This document shows positions 13,445 through 27,600 of a stretch of 63,247 bases of DNA, piece after piece (position 1 is the stretch's first letter; the number at the start of each line of letters is the position of its first letter). The stretch is from NCBI RefSeq assembly GCF_001194135.2, contig NC_068990.1:9608094-9671340 (forward strand), read 5' to 3'. Under the pieces are notes generated by a model that made no database searches, was not told the DNA's origin, and saw only the letters and a program-made list of their open reading frames with translations. Both the position numbers and the translations under genes were made by a program. The stretch is from Octopus bimaculoides (lineage: Eukaryota).

Positions 13445-13562
13445 GAAACCAAATCCACTGACAAACCTGAGGCTACATTCGAAGTCACTTACCAAGTTGG
13501 GGAATGACCCTTGAATGATGTGGTTAGGAAGCAAATGTCTGACAGCCCAGCCACATCAGCGC
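13445..13562 (-). mobile_element. SINE family B 5' fragment, degenerate
   Basis: ACCAAATCCACTGACAA..GAGGCTA..ATGTGGTTAGGAAGCAA..CAGCCAC matches the family B head reversed. Confidence 0.6.
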
Positions 13563-14007
13563 ATATATAGGTCCACCTAACACATAGGAACACTCGGAAA
13601 GGTTATCTAACCCTATATTGAAATGTTTATAAAATATTTTCTGTATCGCTAAGTTTCCGTGCTTCTAACAATTAGATGTACGCAGAAATATATGGATACA
13701 CATAATTTTACTGATTTTCTTGTTCTATATAAAGAATAGTATTCTCATCCAATTATGTACTCTATTTCGTTGATAAAGGCACCACGGCTCTTTGTATTTC
13801 TACAGTAATAATTGCAGTGTTTTGTAAGGTACTCGGTGTAGGAATTGAATACACGAAGAACTTAACGGCAGCAGTTTAGTTTCTCTGCATAGTTTTTCTA
13901 AATGGTGATAACAGTAACATGGCATCATTACATTGCAGCATTAGTATATCAATGATCACATGAATGCATAAATATGTATCAATATATGTAGTAGTACGCT
14001 GGACAAG

Positions 14008-14170
14008 AGGCGTAGCGGCATTTCGCCCGTCTTTACATATTGAGTTCAAATTCCGCCGATATCAACATTGTCTTTTCTCATTTCAGGGTTGATAAAACAA
14101 GCCCTGGGGTTGATGTTATCAACTTAACCCTTCCCAAAATTGCAAACCTTAAGACAACATTTGAAACCAA
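14008..14170 (+). mobile_element. SINE family A, degenerate
   Basis: TTGAGTTCAAATTCCGCCGA (B-box-like), CCCTGGGGTTGATG, TTTGAAACCAATA tail. Confidence 0.7.
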
Positions 14171-14419
14171 TATAAGTAGTAACAGTAGTAATATAGGGGC
14201 ATGGGCTGCAACAGAGCATCGCTGCATCTACCATGTGTTAGTGATTCCCTATTCCTGGTGGATGATACCTTTTTATTACTCAGGTGATAATTCTGCAACC
14301 CACGGGTCTGTCTCGATAAACATTGCTAGTGAGAGTTTTACGAGGTCGGACGGCAAATCCTACAACTTATGTTTGTCACCTTTTACGACACGCAGAGCAA
14401 TTACTGGATCCATTCTTTG

Positions 14420-14540
14420 ACATAACGTGAAACGAAATATTGTTCTGAAGAAAACAACACGCCGTCCGGTCAAGAAATCGAAACCATATTCTGTAGATCG
14501 TGAATGCAACACCTTAACCATTAGGCCATGTGCTTTGCTA
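14420..14540 (-). mobile_element. SINE family C head fragment
   Basis: Reverse complement gives GCACATGGCCTAATGGTTAAGG..GGTTTCGATTTC (A and B boxes). Confidence 0.7.
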
Positions 14541-16145
14541 TATGTTGAAAAATGAATTTTTGAACATCTGTTTCTATTTCTGTTTCTTATATACAATGTC
14601 AATCCCGTGACTGGCTTGGCTAACTACTTTAAGACACTCTTTTCATAAGTGACTGCACACCGATTCAGTCATTAATTGATTATGTTTCGCAAATGTCAAG
14701 TGGTCATAGTATGAGGTAGTGTTTCATCATCATGTCGTCCATATCATTCAAGTCTTGTTCATTCGCTGACATACTTGAAATTTCTATTTATATATTTCGA
14801 TGTAAATTATTAATTATAAATCAAGAGTTTTTGTATAATTTATTAATGCAATTTAATAGCTCATTGGACTTTTTATATGGCAAATACGGCCCATGATATA
14901 AAGTTCGAGCTACTTCTAAAATCGCGACAGCATTAAGGCTGGCCGTTAAGATAATATATGAAATACAGAGCTGTCTTCTAATTATAACTGCATACAACAT
15001 AAATATAAGAACTAGACTTCATAGTTACCTATAATACAATGGTACATACGTATTGATTTCATTCTCTATTCTATCTAAGTGTACCATTTGAATGATAATT
15101 TGACAATGGCTCTCCGGGTCGTTAGATAAATATATATTTTGATTTTAGATGTGATAGAATTCGGAATTTTATATTACGTTTCTCTGCAATTTAGTAACAA
15201 CATAGTGATAAATAGCTAGTTTCGATATGTTTTATTTTTAGGGGTTAAATGTCTATCTTTAAGTGATTTTTTTCAAAATTGGCTAAACATTTTATGTAAT
15301 ATTATATTGTATATTACATATTCTGAACTGATGAAACAGTTATTCGCATTTTTATCATACTATGTGGTTTGATTTAGTTATTATACAATGTAGTAGTAAA
15401 TAATCCTCTAAAATTGGTAGCTGTCCATTATATTTACTATTATATTAACATAAGTTTATATGTAAAAATGAACACTTCTGACCTCTCCTAAAAGCATATG
15501 CTTTCTGATAGGATTCCAACAACTTCAAATGTTTTTATGTAAGTATAGTAGTATCATCGCTAATTGTTGTTACTTGAAATAAATATGGAATTGTTTCAGA
15601 CAATGGAAAGAGCACGAAATTATTGTTTGTTCGCGCTGGGTTTGTATGCACAGAATTATCAAATTTAGGTAGAAAATAGTTTTGGGTCTCTCGACAAAAG
15701 AAAACTAAAATAAATGAATAAATGTAAATAAAAATAAAGAATAATATGTTGCAGGTTTCTACATGATTTATATACAGCTGATATATTTACACAGTAGTGT
15801 ATGGGGAGTGATAGGAGGAAGTGAGTACCACTTCATGAGCATGGTAGTGTTGCGAAACTGTTGGTCTGTAGGAAAAGGTTTACCAGAGAGCAAAGCAGCG
15901 GGAGAGACTTCGAAGGAACGAGAGAGATAGAGTAGGAGAGAAAGAAGAGAGAGAAGAGAGAGAGAAGAGAGAGTGGTGGAGATTGGTCCCTGTGGAATGC
16001 AATGCGGAAAAAATGCAGTTTCTAGAATTAATGTTCTTGTTAATTTCATCGGAATCGCAGGCTGACAAGTAGCTTACTAGCCAATGATTTGTGCTGTTTT
16101 GTAAAGTAGTATTTTCTATATTTTGTACGCGCGGATAGATGACAA

Positions 16146-17384
16146 TACAAGAGTGGTCTGGAAAATTCATAGGCTCACTATGAATGATTGATGCAAGAAC
16201 TGTGAAATGTTGCATGTTTTAATTTCAAATCTTATTAATAACTGACTATTTCTTTCCTGGTAAACTGATATTTCACTGTTCAATGAAAACTTCAAAAGTA
16301 CCGAGTAGCGACTTGAAAATATTCAAAATTTGGTATTGTGGTGTTATCAAGTATCTACAGGAAAATGTTTTAGCCATCCCTCTTCCCCAGGACATTCATT
16401 TTGACATAGTTGTTACATTAGCGGTGACGTTACAGCTTTATCAACCGTACAAAGGTGGGCAGCTAAATTTTGGAGGGAAAGGTGGAACCTGTATAATGAT
16501 CCAAGGTCTGGACATCCTGCAACTACCACCATCGAGGAAAATATTGATTGTATTCACCGTATGCTGACGGATGACAAGCGACTGACAGTAAATCAAGTAC
16601 CCAGTGCTATTAGAATATCCTCTGATAGAATGTAGAATATTCTGCACAATGAACTTGAGTATGACGAAGGCTTCTGATTGGTGGATACCACTTCTGTAAC
16701 TTGTTGCAAAGCGCACCAAGCTGATCACATCACTAGAAAATCTAACATTTCATATGCCAGGATGAGTGTTGGATTCATTACTTTAAACCAAAGACAAAAG
16801 AGACAATCCATGCTGTAAAAACACACAAATTCACCTTGTAAGAAGACCTAGACCATATCGTCTGCAGGGAGGGTGACGGGCTCAGTTTTGGGGAATGCAA
16901 AAGGCACTGTGCTTCTTGATTATCTTCAAACGGACCACACCATCAAAGGAAAGTACTATGGCAAATTGCCGAAGCAGTTACGAAAGGTTATCAAGAGCAA
17001 ACGACCAGGAAAACTGATGAAAGAGATCAGGCCTCATCAAGAAAATGCTTCAGCACACGTCCTTCGTTTCAATGGTTATTGTGCTTGACTGAAGCTGTTA
17101 ACTGTTTGATAACCCTCCTTATTCTTCTGATTTGGCCACATCTGACTATCATCTGATCCTCAACATGAAAACAAAATACTTGGCTGGGAACCAGTATCGC
17201 AGTGATGTCTACTGTTGATGACTTTTGTGACCAACAGGATAAAAGCTTCTTCACCAATGGGATCCAAGCATTACAAGACGTGTGTGAACCACAAGAAAGA
17301 CTATGTTGAAAAATAAGACCTCATTTCGGCATATTTTACGGGAGTGTCTTGGTCAGCCAGCGAACTTTTCAGCTTACTCGCCTA
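16146..17384 (+). mobile_element. Near full-length decayed mariner (D,D34D) element, about 1.24 kb
   Basis: Imperfect TIRs (TACAAGAGTGGTCTGGAAAATTCATAGGCTCAC / GGTCAGCCAGCGAACTTTTCAGCTTACTCGCCTA); frameshifted transposase with IWYCGVIKYLQ, DPRSGHP, QDECWIH, HQENASAH and PPYSSDLATSDYHL motifs. Confidence 0.92.
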
Positions 17385-18139
17385 TAATAAACAAAAAAAA
17401 AAACTTTGCTGATATTAGTGGTAGTCAGATTTTCCATTGTCAACGATCATATATATTCTGAATAAAAAATCAGGGCTTAGGCTAAGTGTGGTCGTCTGAA
17501 TGTGTTTCATGATTTAGTAAGATGATATGGTAGTGTGTTGGTGGTTTACATCGTGATTTCTAAAGCTGAGTCGTTACATAAGAGGAACATGGGTAATCGT
17601 GATTTTCCCTCGCTTAGGTTACTGCCGGGCTTCATATTTGTTCTAATTTTGTTTACCTTTCTGGTTACATATCTGCAATATGTGTACAAGTAGAAATTGA
17701 TTGTGGTAAATTGTAGGTCTGTCATTTTATCTGGTCCTGACTCTCTTGAAGTTTTACATGGTTTTGCTATTAGTTGGTTGTCTGAAGAGGTGATAATCAT
17801 GATCTCTGTCGAAGATGTATTTTTTTGTTTTACGTTACGTTTTCTGCTTTTAATTTGACACCTAATTTTTAAGAAACTTTATCAAGTAAAAATACTTGAT
17901 AAAGAATATTCTTTAAGATGATAATTGTGAGATGGGGAGTGCTTTCACTATTATTATTGTTGATTATGCTAATTGCCATACTATAGACTTATAATTTTGT
18001 GATTTAGGTTACGTATAAATATTGGCCACGTTTCACTTATTCTATTCCTTATTTAATTGCTTGAGTTAGTTTTTCATTACGATTGTATGTAGTTTGACAT
18101 ATCGCGTTAGAATTTATCATCAAATATCAATGTAGAATT

Positions 18140-18310
18140 TTTAGCGTGTCGGACAAAATACCTTGCGGTATTTGCTTCGGTACTTTCCGCTTTGAGATCA
18201 AATCCTATCGTTGTCTACTCTGCCCAGTATCCTAGCAGGGGCGATAAAATAGAGAACCAGTCAAATACTAGGGTAAATATAATCGATTGCCCACTTTATT
18301 TAGAGCCGTT
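18140..18310 (+). mobile_element. SINE family A, highly degenerate
   Basis: TTAGCGTGTCGGACAAAATACCTTGCGGTATT..TGAGATCAAATCC..GATAAAATAGAGAACCAGTCAAATACTAGGG. Confidence 0.5.
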
Positions 18311-21300
18311 CTCTTTATTATAGTCTCAGATCTATTGCATGGAAGAAATATTTCTCAGTTTCAAAAGTTTGTCATTTTAGGGGCATTGACAGAGAGGCTA
18401 TTACATGGGTGATTTGGCAACGTCATTCTCTATATTATCTTGTATATTTATTATTTTGAGATGTACGGTAGCATTGCAGAAAGATCTTACTGCAATTTCT
18501 TGTAAGACAAGAGATTGTATAGAAGGTTCCATAATAAACAACGAATTGTACATGTAACCTATTCAAAATTAATATCCCAATTTCACTTTTAGACAATCAT
18601 ATTATACATAAAACTTTAAAATTCATTACATCCAAATTCAAACGAAAATATAAAAAGTAGATGAAGATAACTTATAGATAAGGAAATTTGAGTAGCATTA
18701 ATAAAATTGATGTTCAGACGTCTATTAAACGGCGTAGAATGCCAAAGAATTACGAAGCATAGCTATGCAATAAAACAGTAAATTCTAGAATTCTGTATTA
18801 ATTTTGCTTCTCTTGTTTGTTTATTGAAGCATTGTTAATCATAAATTTCGAATATTCAGAAATTGCAACACTTGCTCTTTGCCAATAAATGAAGAATTTT
18901 GAAATTAATGAATTCACCGAAACAAAGGCGTACGCGCGCACACGCACACAAAAATAGATTTATGCTATCCTACACAGAGACACGTATATATTTATAGATA
19001 GACATACAAATATAAATATACAAATATAAATATTTCTAATATATACTTTCGTGAGAAAATATTGTCCTTCATGATTTCTTCTTCGGCATTGACATTGCGT
19101 TTTCCATACCGAGATTAATTGGTGCATGGTTATATGTATGTATGTTTTTTTCTTTGTTCTTGTAGTGCACCTGAGCACTGTATACAACAGTTGCGTTATA
19201 TTTCAATTTCATTATATATATATATATNNNNNNNNNNNNNNNNNNNNNNNNNNNNNNNNNNNNNNNNNNNNNNNNNNNNNNNNNNNNNNNNNNNNNNNNN
19301 NNNNNNNNNNNNNNNNNNNNNNNNNNNNNNNNNNNNNNNNNNNNNNNNNNNNNNNNNNNNNNNNNNNNNNNNNNNNNNNNNNNNNNNNNNNNNNNNNNNN
19401 NNNNNNNNNNNNNNNNNNNNNNNNNNNNNNNNNNNNNNNNNNNNNNNNNNNNNNNNNNNNNNNNNNNNNNNNNNNNNNNNNNNNNNNNNNNNNNNNNNNN
19501 NNNNNNNNNNNNNNNNNNNNNNNNNNNNNNNNNNNNNNNNNNNNNNNNNNNNNNNNNNNNNNNNNNNNNNNNNNNNNNNNNNNNNNNNNNNNNNNNNNNN
19601 NNNNNNNNNNNNNNNNNNNNNNNNNNNNNNNNNNNNNNNNNNNNNNNNNNNNNNNNNNNNNNNNNNNNNNNNNNNNNNNNNNNNNNNNNNNNNNNNNNNN
19701 NNNNNNNNNNNNNNNNNNNNNNNNNNNNNNNNNNNNNNNNNNNNNNNNNNNNNNNNNNNNNNNNNNNNNNNNNNNNNNNNNNNNNNNNNNNNNNNNNNNN
19801 NNNNNNNNNNNNNNNNNNNNNNNNNNNNNNNNNNNNNNNNNNNNNNNNNNNNNNNNNNNNNNNNNNNNNNNNNNNNNNNNNNNNNNNNNNNNNNNNNNNN
19901 NNNNNNNNNNNNNNNNNNNNNNNNNNNNNNNNNNNNNNNNNNNNNNNNNNNNNNNNNNNNNNNNNNNNNNNNNNNNNNNNNNNNNNNNNNNNNNNNNNNN
20001 NNNNNNNNNNNNNNNNNNNNNNNNNNNNNNNNNNNNNNNNNNNNNNNNNNNNNNNNNNNNNNNNNNNNNNNNNNNNNNNNNNNNNNTATATATATAAAAC
20101 AAGTAATATATTCGTAGCCACTTCAATATGCCTGTCAGCTCGAACGGACTCTAATGCGTTTATTTATCTACACACACACACACACACACACATAGATACA
20201 TAATATTTATACTTACAATTGTAAATTATTCACGAAGTTTATTATTTGGCAAACATTCCTGAAGATTAGACATAAACACAACTCAGAAGTATTTGTGAAT
20301 AGAGGAGACTATATTTTTGTTGCACAACTTATCTCTCCAAACATTTTTCTCGTCAATTTCATTTGGTTCCATAGTGTAAACCAAAAAACATTGAAATTGT
20401 TTGTGAAATAATGACCATAAACATTGTGGTCTTTGCGTAATTTGTTATTTGTATATGAAAATAACTGTTATTCGTGTTGCTATTACTATCATTATTATTT
20501 TCTGGACGTTAGATTGCTGAATCGGTCGTAGGATAAAAATTGTTGCATCATGTCTGCAGATAAACTAAGTCTGTTTTATATTTTATACATTCTTGGTCTA
20601 TGCAATAACTACAGTTTGTGAGCTATGTCACTTACATCGACTGTACTTTACCTGACTGCTGTGATGTTGTGCCAAAGATAGAAATCTTTATTTGTATGTT
20701 TTCAAAAGTTTCACGACTTCCTCACTGTCCGCCACATTTTCTTCTTTATTTCTCAGGTGTGTGTGAAAGAGTAAGACTTTTAGGTGGGTGGAAACATAAT
20801 TACAGTGCATCAAATTGGCAGACGTTTTCTGTTTGAGAGTCCAATATTGAACATTTCATCACGATAGGAAGTGACTGAATAGAATATATGTTAGATGTGC
20901 GACCATGCTATTGATTCAAAAGTGTTTTGTGCTGTTTACTCGTCACAGCCAATCTTCATCCGACTGTTACTGCCTCTTTCCACACTTTAAAATATCCTAT
21001 TCAGCAAACACATCTGCTCTTTTGGAAGTGTTTTTAATATCTACAATCAGATTATTGCCGAGTCCTGGAATTCTACGCACGTTTCTAGTAGTACTTCACG
21101 TTTGATTTCATTTGTTCTTGCGCTGCATCTCTGAAAAAAAGATATTACGTAAAGCATTTCGAAGAAATTGCCAAAAGAGATTCTGCAATTCGAACATTCA
21201 GAAAAAAAAAAACTTTCGTGCGCAGGATAGGATTCCGACTTTCATGTGACTTAAATTGCAAGCAAGTGTTATATTTGTCTTTCTTTACTAACTTTCAGAT

Positions 21301-22031
21301 TTTAGTATGTTAAAAAAACCATATACATACATATATACATATATGCACATACACACACCGCGCGCGCGCACATACATACAGGCATACACACACACATGGG
21401 CACATACACATACGCGCACACATACATACGCGCACACACACACATACGCGCACACACACATACGCGCAAACACATACGCACACACCAAGCATGTATTCAT
21501 GTCGGCCCTTTACATTTCCCTTTAAAATCATCAGTTTAGCTCTGATTTGTCTTTCCTCTCATTTCGATAAATTACTGTGGTTGATATAACAGAAGCCTCC
21601 TGTCCACAATATATACCCATGGTATAAATCATTATTACAGTGAATACGTAGTTTGTATTTTAATATATATCAATTTCATAGCCTCAATGTTTGTTTTTTT
21701 TATGTCTGTTTGAATAGGAAGCTCGCTTTTGCAACCATTTCAATCCCACTGAGAGTGTCCCATGTAGACGTCCGATGTGCATGCATGCATACATACATAC
21801 ATACATACATGCATACATACGCACTCACATACATAATACATACATACATGTTCGAAGGTTATAATGGACACAGGTTCGTGAGTCCACATAGCTAGCTAGA
21901 GGCGATGGCTTCTTGGAGCTAATCAACGGCAGCATTCGTCCTATTTTTTTGACTGCCATGTTGGCTTGGCGATAACTATTAATATCCAGTACCGCTGCCA
22001 TAGTCTCCTTTAGAGAGACTTAGAAATATTA

Positions 22032-22076
<45 letters not shown>

Positions 22077-23106
22077 NNNNNNNNNNNNNNNNNNNNNNNN
22101 NNNNNNNNNNNNNNNNNNNNNNNNNNNNNNNNNNNNNNNNNNNNNNNNNNNNNNNNNNNNNTGTGTGTGTGTGTGTGTGTGTGTGTGAGTATGTGTGTAT
22201 ATATAATGAAATTATATATTGGTCTGCTCTCATCTTTTCACGGAACTGGTAAAGAAATGCGCAACCAGAGACACTCAGACTATATAAATATAGGGCATTA
22301 ATCAATATTTGTTGAGTTTGCTAAAGGTTAAATTATATACAGTATATGTATATTTCGTTGAGTATGTATCATCTATACCAATCGCTATTTTGTTAGTCTT
22401 ACTGTGTTAAAATAAATTCCCTGTGTAAATGACGGTGGCATTAAACGCTACTTTAAAAACGTGTCAGAGTATTATAATTAATAATTATATTTGTTGCGCA
22501 GCGGAAATTTAACGAAGAATTATTCGTCGTCACAATGATGATTTGTCCTATTGAGAAAACGTATCAAATGAAGGATTATTATTCTGTAAGTCATTAGGTA
22601 TATTTTGCTTCACATACATACACAAACACTCCATTGATTCCTTTCTTCCCTTTTCAAAATTATAGAACACATATATAGAGAAAATTGAAGCTATGTAGGA
22701 AGAGCGCCGCTGACTACACCGAAATAAGCATTAAATACACAGCAAATTTCGTGTGGTTTCGCTCAATGAACTGCAATCAAGTTGGAGTACGTTACTTAGG
22801 AATCTTCTACTTTGTATCGTCATTAATAATTATTTCACAGATGTTCGTTTGAGAGGAAAAGATAGGTTCTCGGGACTGGTGGGATGGATGTTATTAACCT
22901 TCCGTGTAAACTATCGAAAACTGTGTCTTTCAAGAACAATGTAAGCAGGGAGGCGAACCAAGGATCCGATATATTGGGAGTAGATATCAAAATGATTATA
23001 AGAAGGTAGGATATGGTATGAATAAACAAAGGGTGAGGGACTACGTGGTTGGAATTGCCAAACTGGAGGAAGCACAAATTTTATTCCTCACCTACACTTG
23101 CTGACA

Positions 23107-23374
23107 TTCTTCTTCTTCTTCTTCTTCTTCTTCTTCTTCTTCTTCTTCTTCTTCTTCTTCTTCTTCTTCTTGCGGCGAGCTTGTAAATTCCTTAGCACCC
23201 CTAACGAAATGCTTAGCGGTATTTCGCCTGTGATTACGCTCTGAGCTAAAATTCCGCCGTGGTCGAATTTACCTTTTATCATTTTGGGGTCGATAAACTA
23301 CCAGTTGAACACTGGGGTCGATGTAATCGACTTATCCCTCCCCACCAAATTTCTGTTCTTGTGGCAAAATTTGA

Positions 23375-23417
<43 letters not shown>

Positions 23418-23445
23418 CTAATAATAATAATTATTATTATTATTT
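23107..23445 (+). mobile_element. SINE family A (23172-23378) between a (TTC)n tract and an (AAT)n tail
   Basis: CGGCGAGCT head, AAATGCTTAGCGGTATTTCG, ACTGGGGTCGATGTAATCGACTT, then TTTGAAATAATAATAAT. Confidence 0.9.
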
Positions 23446-24001
23446 AATTTTAATCTGTTTGTTTGTTACAATCTCTTGCCGAGACACACTCAGCGTCCAA
23501 GGGAGAGTAAAATATAACCGAAAGCTTGGGAAGGGAAAAAGTGTCAGGAGCACATACATTTAAATTGAGTATTTCTCTGAGACAAAGTTCTCCCGGCATA
23601 TTATGTGAATGTTTGTGACCTCCCTTTCTTATCATACCTAGAACATTCACAATTACATGAACAGTTCTCGCTTTAAGATGTCACATCGTTTGTAGTTCAA
23701 TTTCCAGCTCCATATATTTATGTTATATGTTAAATTCGTTTACAGATATATTTTTATCAGTGGGAGCACTCACATCTATTAGTGTACAAGTCTTTTCTTT
23801 TCTGTTTTTAATAATTATGTCTGGTCAATTAGCCTGGATCATTCTGTCGGTGTTGACTACAATAATCCAGAGGATAGTGACATTTTTACCTTCAACGACT
23901 GGCTCAAGACGATGTTCATGCCAGTAAGCAGGAGAACTGATTTTGTAGTGTTTACATATTTTCCAATGTAAATACTGCCCTACACTTCCATGGCGATTTT
24001 T

Positions 24002-24003
<2 letters not shown>

Positions 24004-24045
<42 letters not shown>

Positions 24046-24205
24046 GTTCAATAGTTTTATTTTTATAACGTGCTTTCATTTCACCATCGGGCGCAGCTCT
24101 TAGTGCCTTGGGTATGTGCTGTGGTTTGCTGTGATGCTCTTATGGTTACTGTATTGAAAGTGCTTTGCGTAGGATGTGTGTAGTGCCCAGTAGTGCAATT
24201 TTGTC
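24004..24205 (-). mobile_element. 3' end of an R4/Dong-clade non-LTR retrotransposon with (AAT)n tail
   Basis: Minus strand 24205-24146 reads KIALLGTTHILRKALSIQ*, the QKxALLGTxxILRK C-terminus of RLE-type elements, then about 100 nt 3' UTR and (AAT)n. Confidence 0.85.
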
Positions 24206-24322
24206 TTCTTCTTCTTCTTCTTCTTCTTCTTCTTCTTCTTCTTCTTCTTCTTCTTCTTCTTCTTCTTCTTCTTCTTCTTCTTCTTCTTCTTCTTCTTCTT
24301 GTTATTATTATTATTATTATTA

Positions 24323-24552
24323 AGACAGTGAGCTGGCAGAATCTTTAGTTTACCGGACGGGCCAAATGGTCGGCGACATTTCATCCGTCTTTACGCTCTG
24401 GATTCAAATACTGCCGAGTTCAACTTTGCCTTTCATCCTTTCGGGATCGATAAATTAAGTACCACTGAAACCCTGGAGTCGATATAGTCGTCTAATCTCT
24501 TCCCATAAAATTTCAGGCGTTGTGTCTTTAGTAGAAAGGATTATTATTATTA
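24323..24552 (+). mobile_element. SINE family A with (ATT)n tail
   Basis: GTGAGCTGGCAGAATC head, CTTTGCCTTTCATCCTTTCGGG, TAGTAGAAAGGATTATTATT tail. Confidence 0.9.
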
Positions 24553-24645
24553 TTATCATTGTTGTTGTTGTTCTTATCTTTCTTCGTATTCTTTTTTCCC
24601 TCTTTCCTTTTATTAATATTGTTATTGTTGTTGTTGTTGTTGTTA

Positions 24646-24683
<38 letters not shown>

Positions 24684-25130
24684 GCTGTTGTTATTATCAG
24701 TTTTATAACAGACTACACAAAGTTGTTTATATTCCTAATTTGTTTGTTTCTAATGAAACCACACAAACAGACACACACACACATGCGCGCGCATACACAT
24801 TCAAGATTTTCTTTAAGAATTAATCATTATGTACCCGCACATAATGTATATAAATGTGTGCTCACTGTTAAGTTATTTGTATGTTTTAGCTTGTGGTTGA
24901 CATGTATTTACAGTACACTTTCATTGAAATGAATGTTATTAACTTAAAAAAATAGAAAGAACTTTCATATAGAGAAAACACTCGATATTCTATTCATATA
25001 TTTCAGCAAATATTAGTGTTTCAGTCTTTTATGTCTGTTTAACTACTTCGTATCTTATTTACTGTGAATAAAACCATGTCTACATTTTGGTGTCCCCATC
25101 GGATTCGTGTATGTTCCTAATATTTGACAG

Positions 25131-25356
25131 CTCTTTACATACAGATATTTTTGAATATTCATAATACCATGGGATTTAATCAGACATTCATAATCCAAAC
25201 CAGTCAATTTAGTTGTAACGTGTATGTTAAAGAATTAGGATATGGACAGATGATGTTTGAAAGAAACATGCTTGAGAATATTAAGCAGTATTCTATATTA
25301 AAGGGGAACCAATATATTATCGATGGAGAGATAATATGTAAATTAAACCAAGAGAA
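25131..25356 (+). CDS. Candidate 226-nt coding exon, product unknown
   Basis: CTAAT branch-like motif plus ATTTGACAG acceptor, GTAAGT donor; one open frame (phase 1 to 2): LYIQIFLNIHNTMGFNQTFIIQTSQFSCNVYVKELGYGQMMFERNMLENIKQYSILKGNQYIIDGEIICKLNQE. Confidence 0.45.
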
Positions 25357-27600
25357 GTAAGTACAGATCTCCCCATTAATGTAATCCAGGAAATTTACTA
25401 GTTTATCTTTGTATCAATATCAACTCCCCAATTCCGCTTTTAATTCTTTTAACTACTTTTGAAGTGTGTACGTATTGCGCTTTAGTTCTCGAAATACAAA
25501 CCAGTGAGGTTGCTAGAAAAAGCAACAAGTAAATCTCCTTCAAATCTCCCTGTATCGTTTTAAGACAGGTAAGTACCCATAAGGTGATGGTATGTTAGGT
25601 ACTCCGTCCTATAAAGCTGAGATGGTATCAGCTGGAATGGTTTTGATGGTAGACCAATAAGGTTTCTTCTGCGATGAAGAAAATATAAACAATACGGATT
25701 TCGCGAGATTAACCTCAGCAACAGGAATATGTCAATTGGGCAATGGAATGAATGTTCACCCCACCGACAAATCGTATTTTTTTCTATTTGGAACAAAAAA
25801 TATACATTAGATATTCAAATCAATGCTCAAATGATGATTAAAATGACTTAAATAATTTAACTAATTAAATGTATGTGTGTATGTATGAATATATATATAT
25901 ATATATANNNNNNNNNNNNNNNNNNNNNNNNNNNNNNNNNNNNNNNNNNNNNNNNNNNNNNNNNNNNNNNNNNNNNNNNNNNNNATATATATGTATGTAT
26001 GTATGTATGTATGTGTGTGTGTGCGTGTGTGTTACTGATTCATTTCGAATAGCAATGTCAACTATGCATACATTAAAATTAAAAATATAATTTTCAACTA
26101 CCATCGTTATTTTTCTTTTAGCATTAGCTCTCCTCATCTTTAAATTTAAACTATGATTCCAGCAAAGTATATACAATACACAGTAATATTTTCTTTTGTC
26201 GAAATATTGAATCTCTCTCTCTCTTAATGTCCATAATACGTCTTCTATAATGTTATGTTCTCTGTTGACTGACTGTCTTCTGTCAAGCACCAGTGCTCTT
26301 GCTTTGAAAGAATTTAATGAAAGTCGTGATGTCGCACTCGACATCGGCAAACTGTCGATCATGTTTGTCATGCGAATAACCTATGAAAACCGAATGCTTA
26401 TCAGCTCCCCAACCTCTCATTTCTTGGGTCGGTATCTTCCTACTAATATTGATGGAACTATTCCTTACCTTCATTCTACCAAACCCAGCATACTCTATGC
26501 ATACTCTCTTCCTTCTATGCATCAATAGTTTACATGTCGTCATCAACAACATCCACTCTCACATAGCTTACACTAACATTCAACTCTGTATGATTGAATC
26601 ACATTCTCAACACTACACGCTAAAAGCAGAGACCCTAGATGTATCCTTGAATGGGAATATGCCAAACATATTTTTTCAACACAATGAAAATACAGAACTT
26701 TTTCATATGCAAAACAATAATCATCACACCGCATATAATTGCATGTAGTATTTAGGTGGAATCTTCAAAGTCGCTCCAATTGCCGGATCTTACTGTCACC
26801 GAGATTAACTCCTGGCAAAATAACTTCTTTGCCAGAGCTATAGCTGCTTCTTGAGACTAGCAAACTCTGTTTAGGGTTAAAAGATAAATGAGCTTCCAAG
26901 TTTCATTGATATTGTAAACTACAAAACTGATGTCTACGATGAAATAGTGTCCTCACATTTAGGTCTGTGCTGAGTTCGCTGCTCATTCGGTCCTCCAATA
27001 TAGCAGGAAGGCCTCCTGGCTCCTCTTACTGCATTTTGTAAAACCTTTTCTAAAGGTATCTGTTTCTCGGAGCTAGCTGAAGTCATGCTACTCTGTTCTA
27101 TCACCCAGTGTCAGTCCAACACACCGAATCCTGCTCTAAGCTCTACGTATAGTTCTTCCCTCCCACAGTGTAGGCTTCTGGAATATTTTCTTGCTTTCTT
27201 CCTGGAATTACGAAGATTCTAAAAGAGTATTAATAACATAGATGAATATCATCAAGAATTGTGGTATTCATTGAACCCGTTCTAAGTGTTTCAAGCCATC
27301 TGCTATCGTCACATATATTTCCTCATAGAACGGGACTTTGTTCCACGCAGTTTCCAGCATGCTAACTATTAGTGCTTTGAGATTCACAGATCAGTTTAAT
27401 AGTTTCCTTTGGGAATAGTCTGCATTTGAAATTGTACTAAATGCTAAAATGGAAAACATGCATTTTAATTTAAGAGATATAACAGAGATTGAACGGAAGC
27501 ATTTGAATAACCGATTAGTACTGCCGCCAGGGAGAAAAAATCATCCAGTGAAGGGAATAGCCCTTTGGTTCAGATCAGATTGAAATTATCTTTTATCTTT

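Noticed and set aside
26250-27420. Possible CR1-type LINE remnant on the minus strand (KHLERVQ)
   Set aside because: One short motif only; I could not recover RT motifs.
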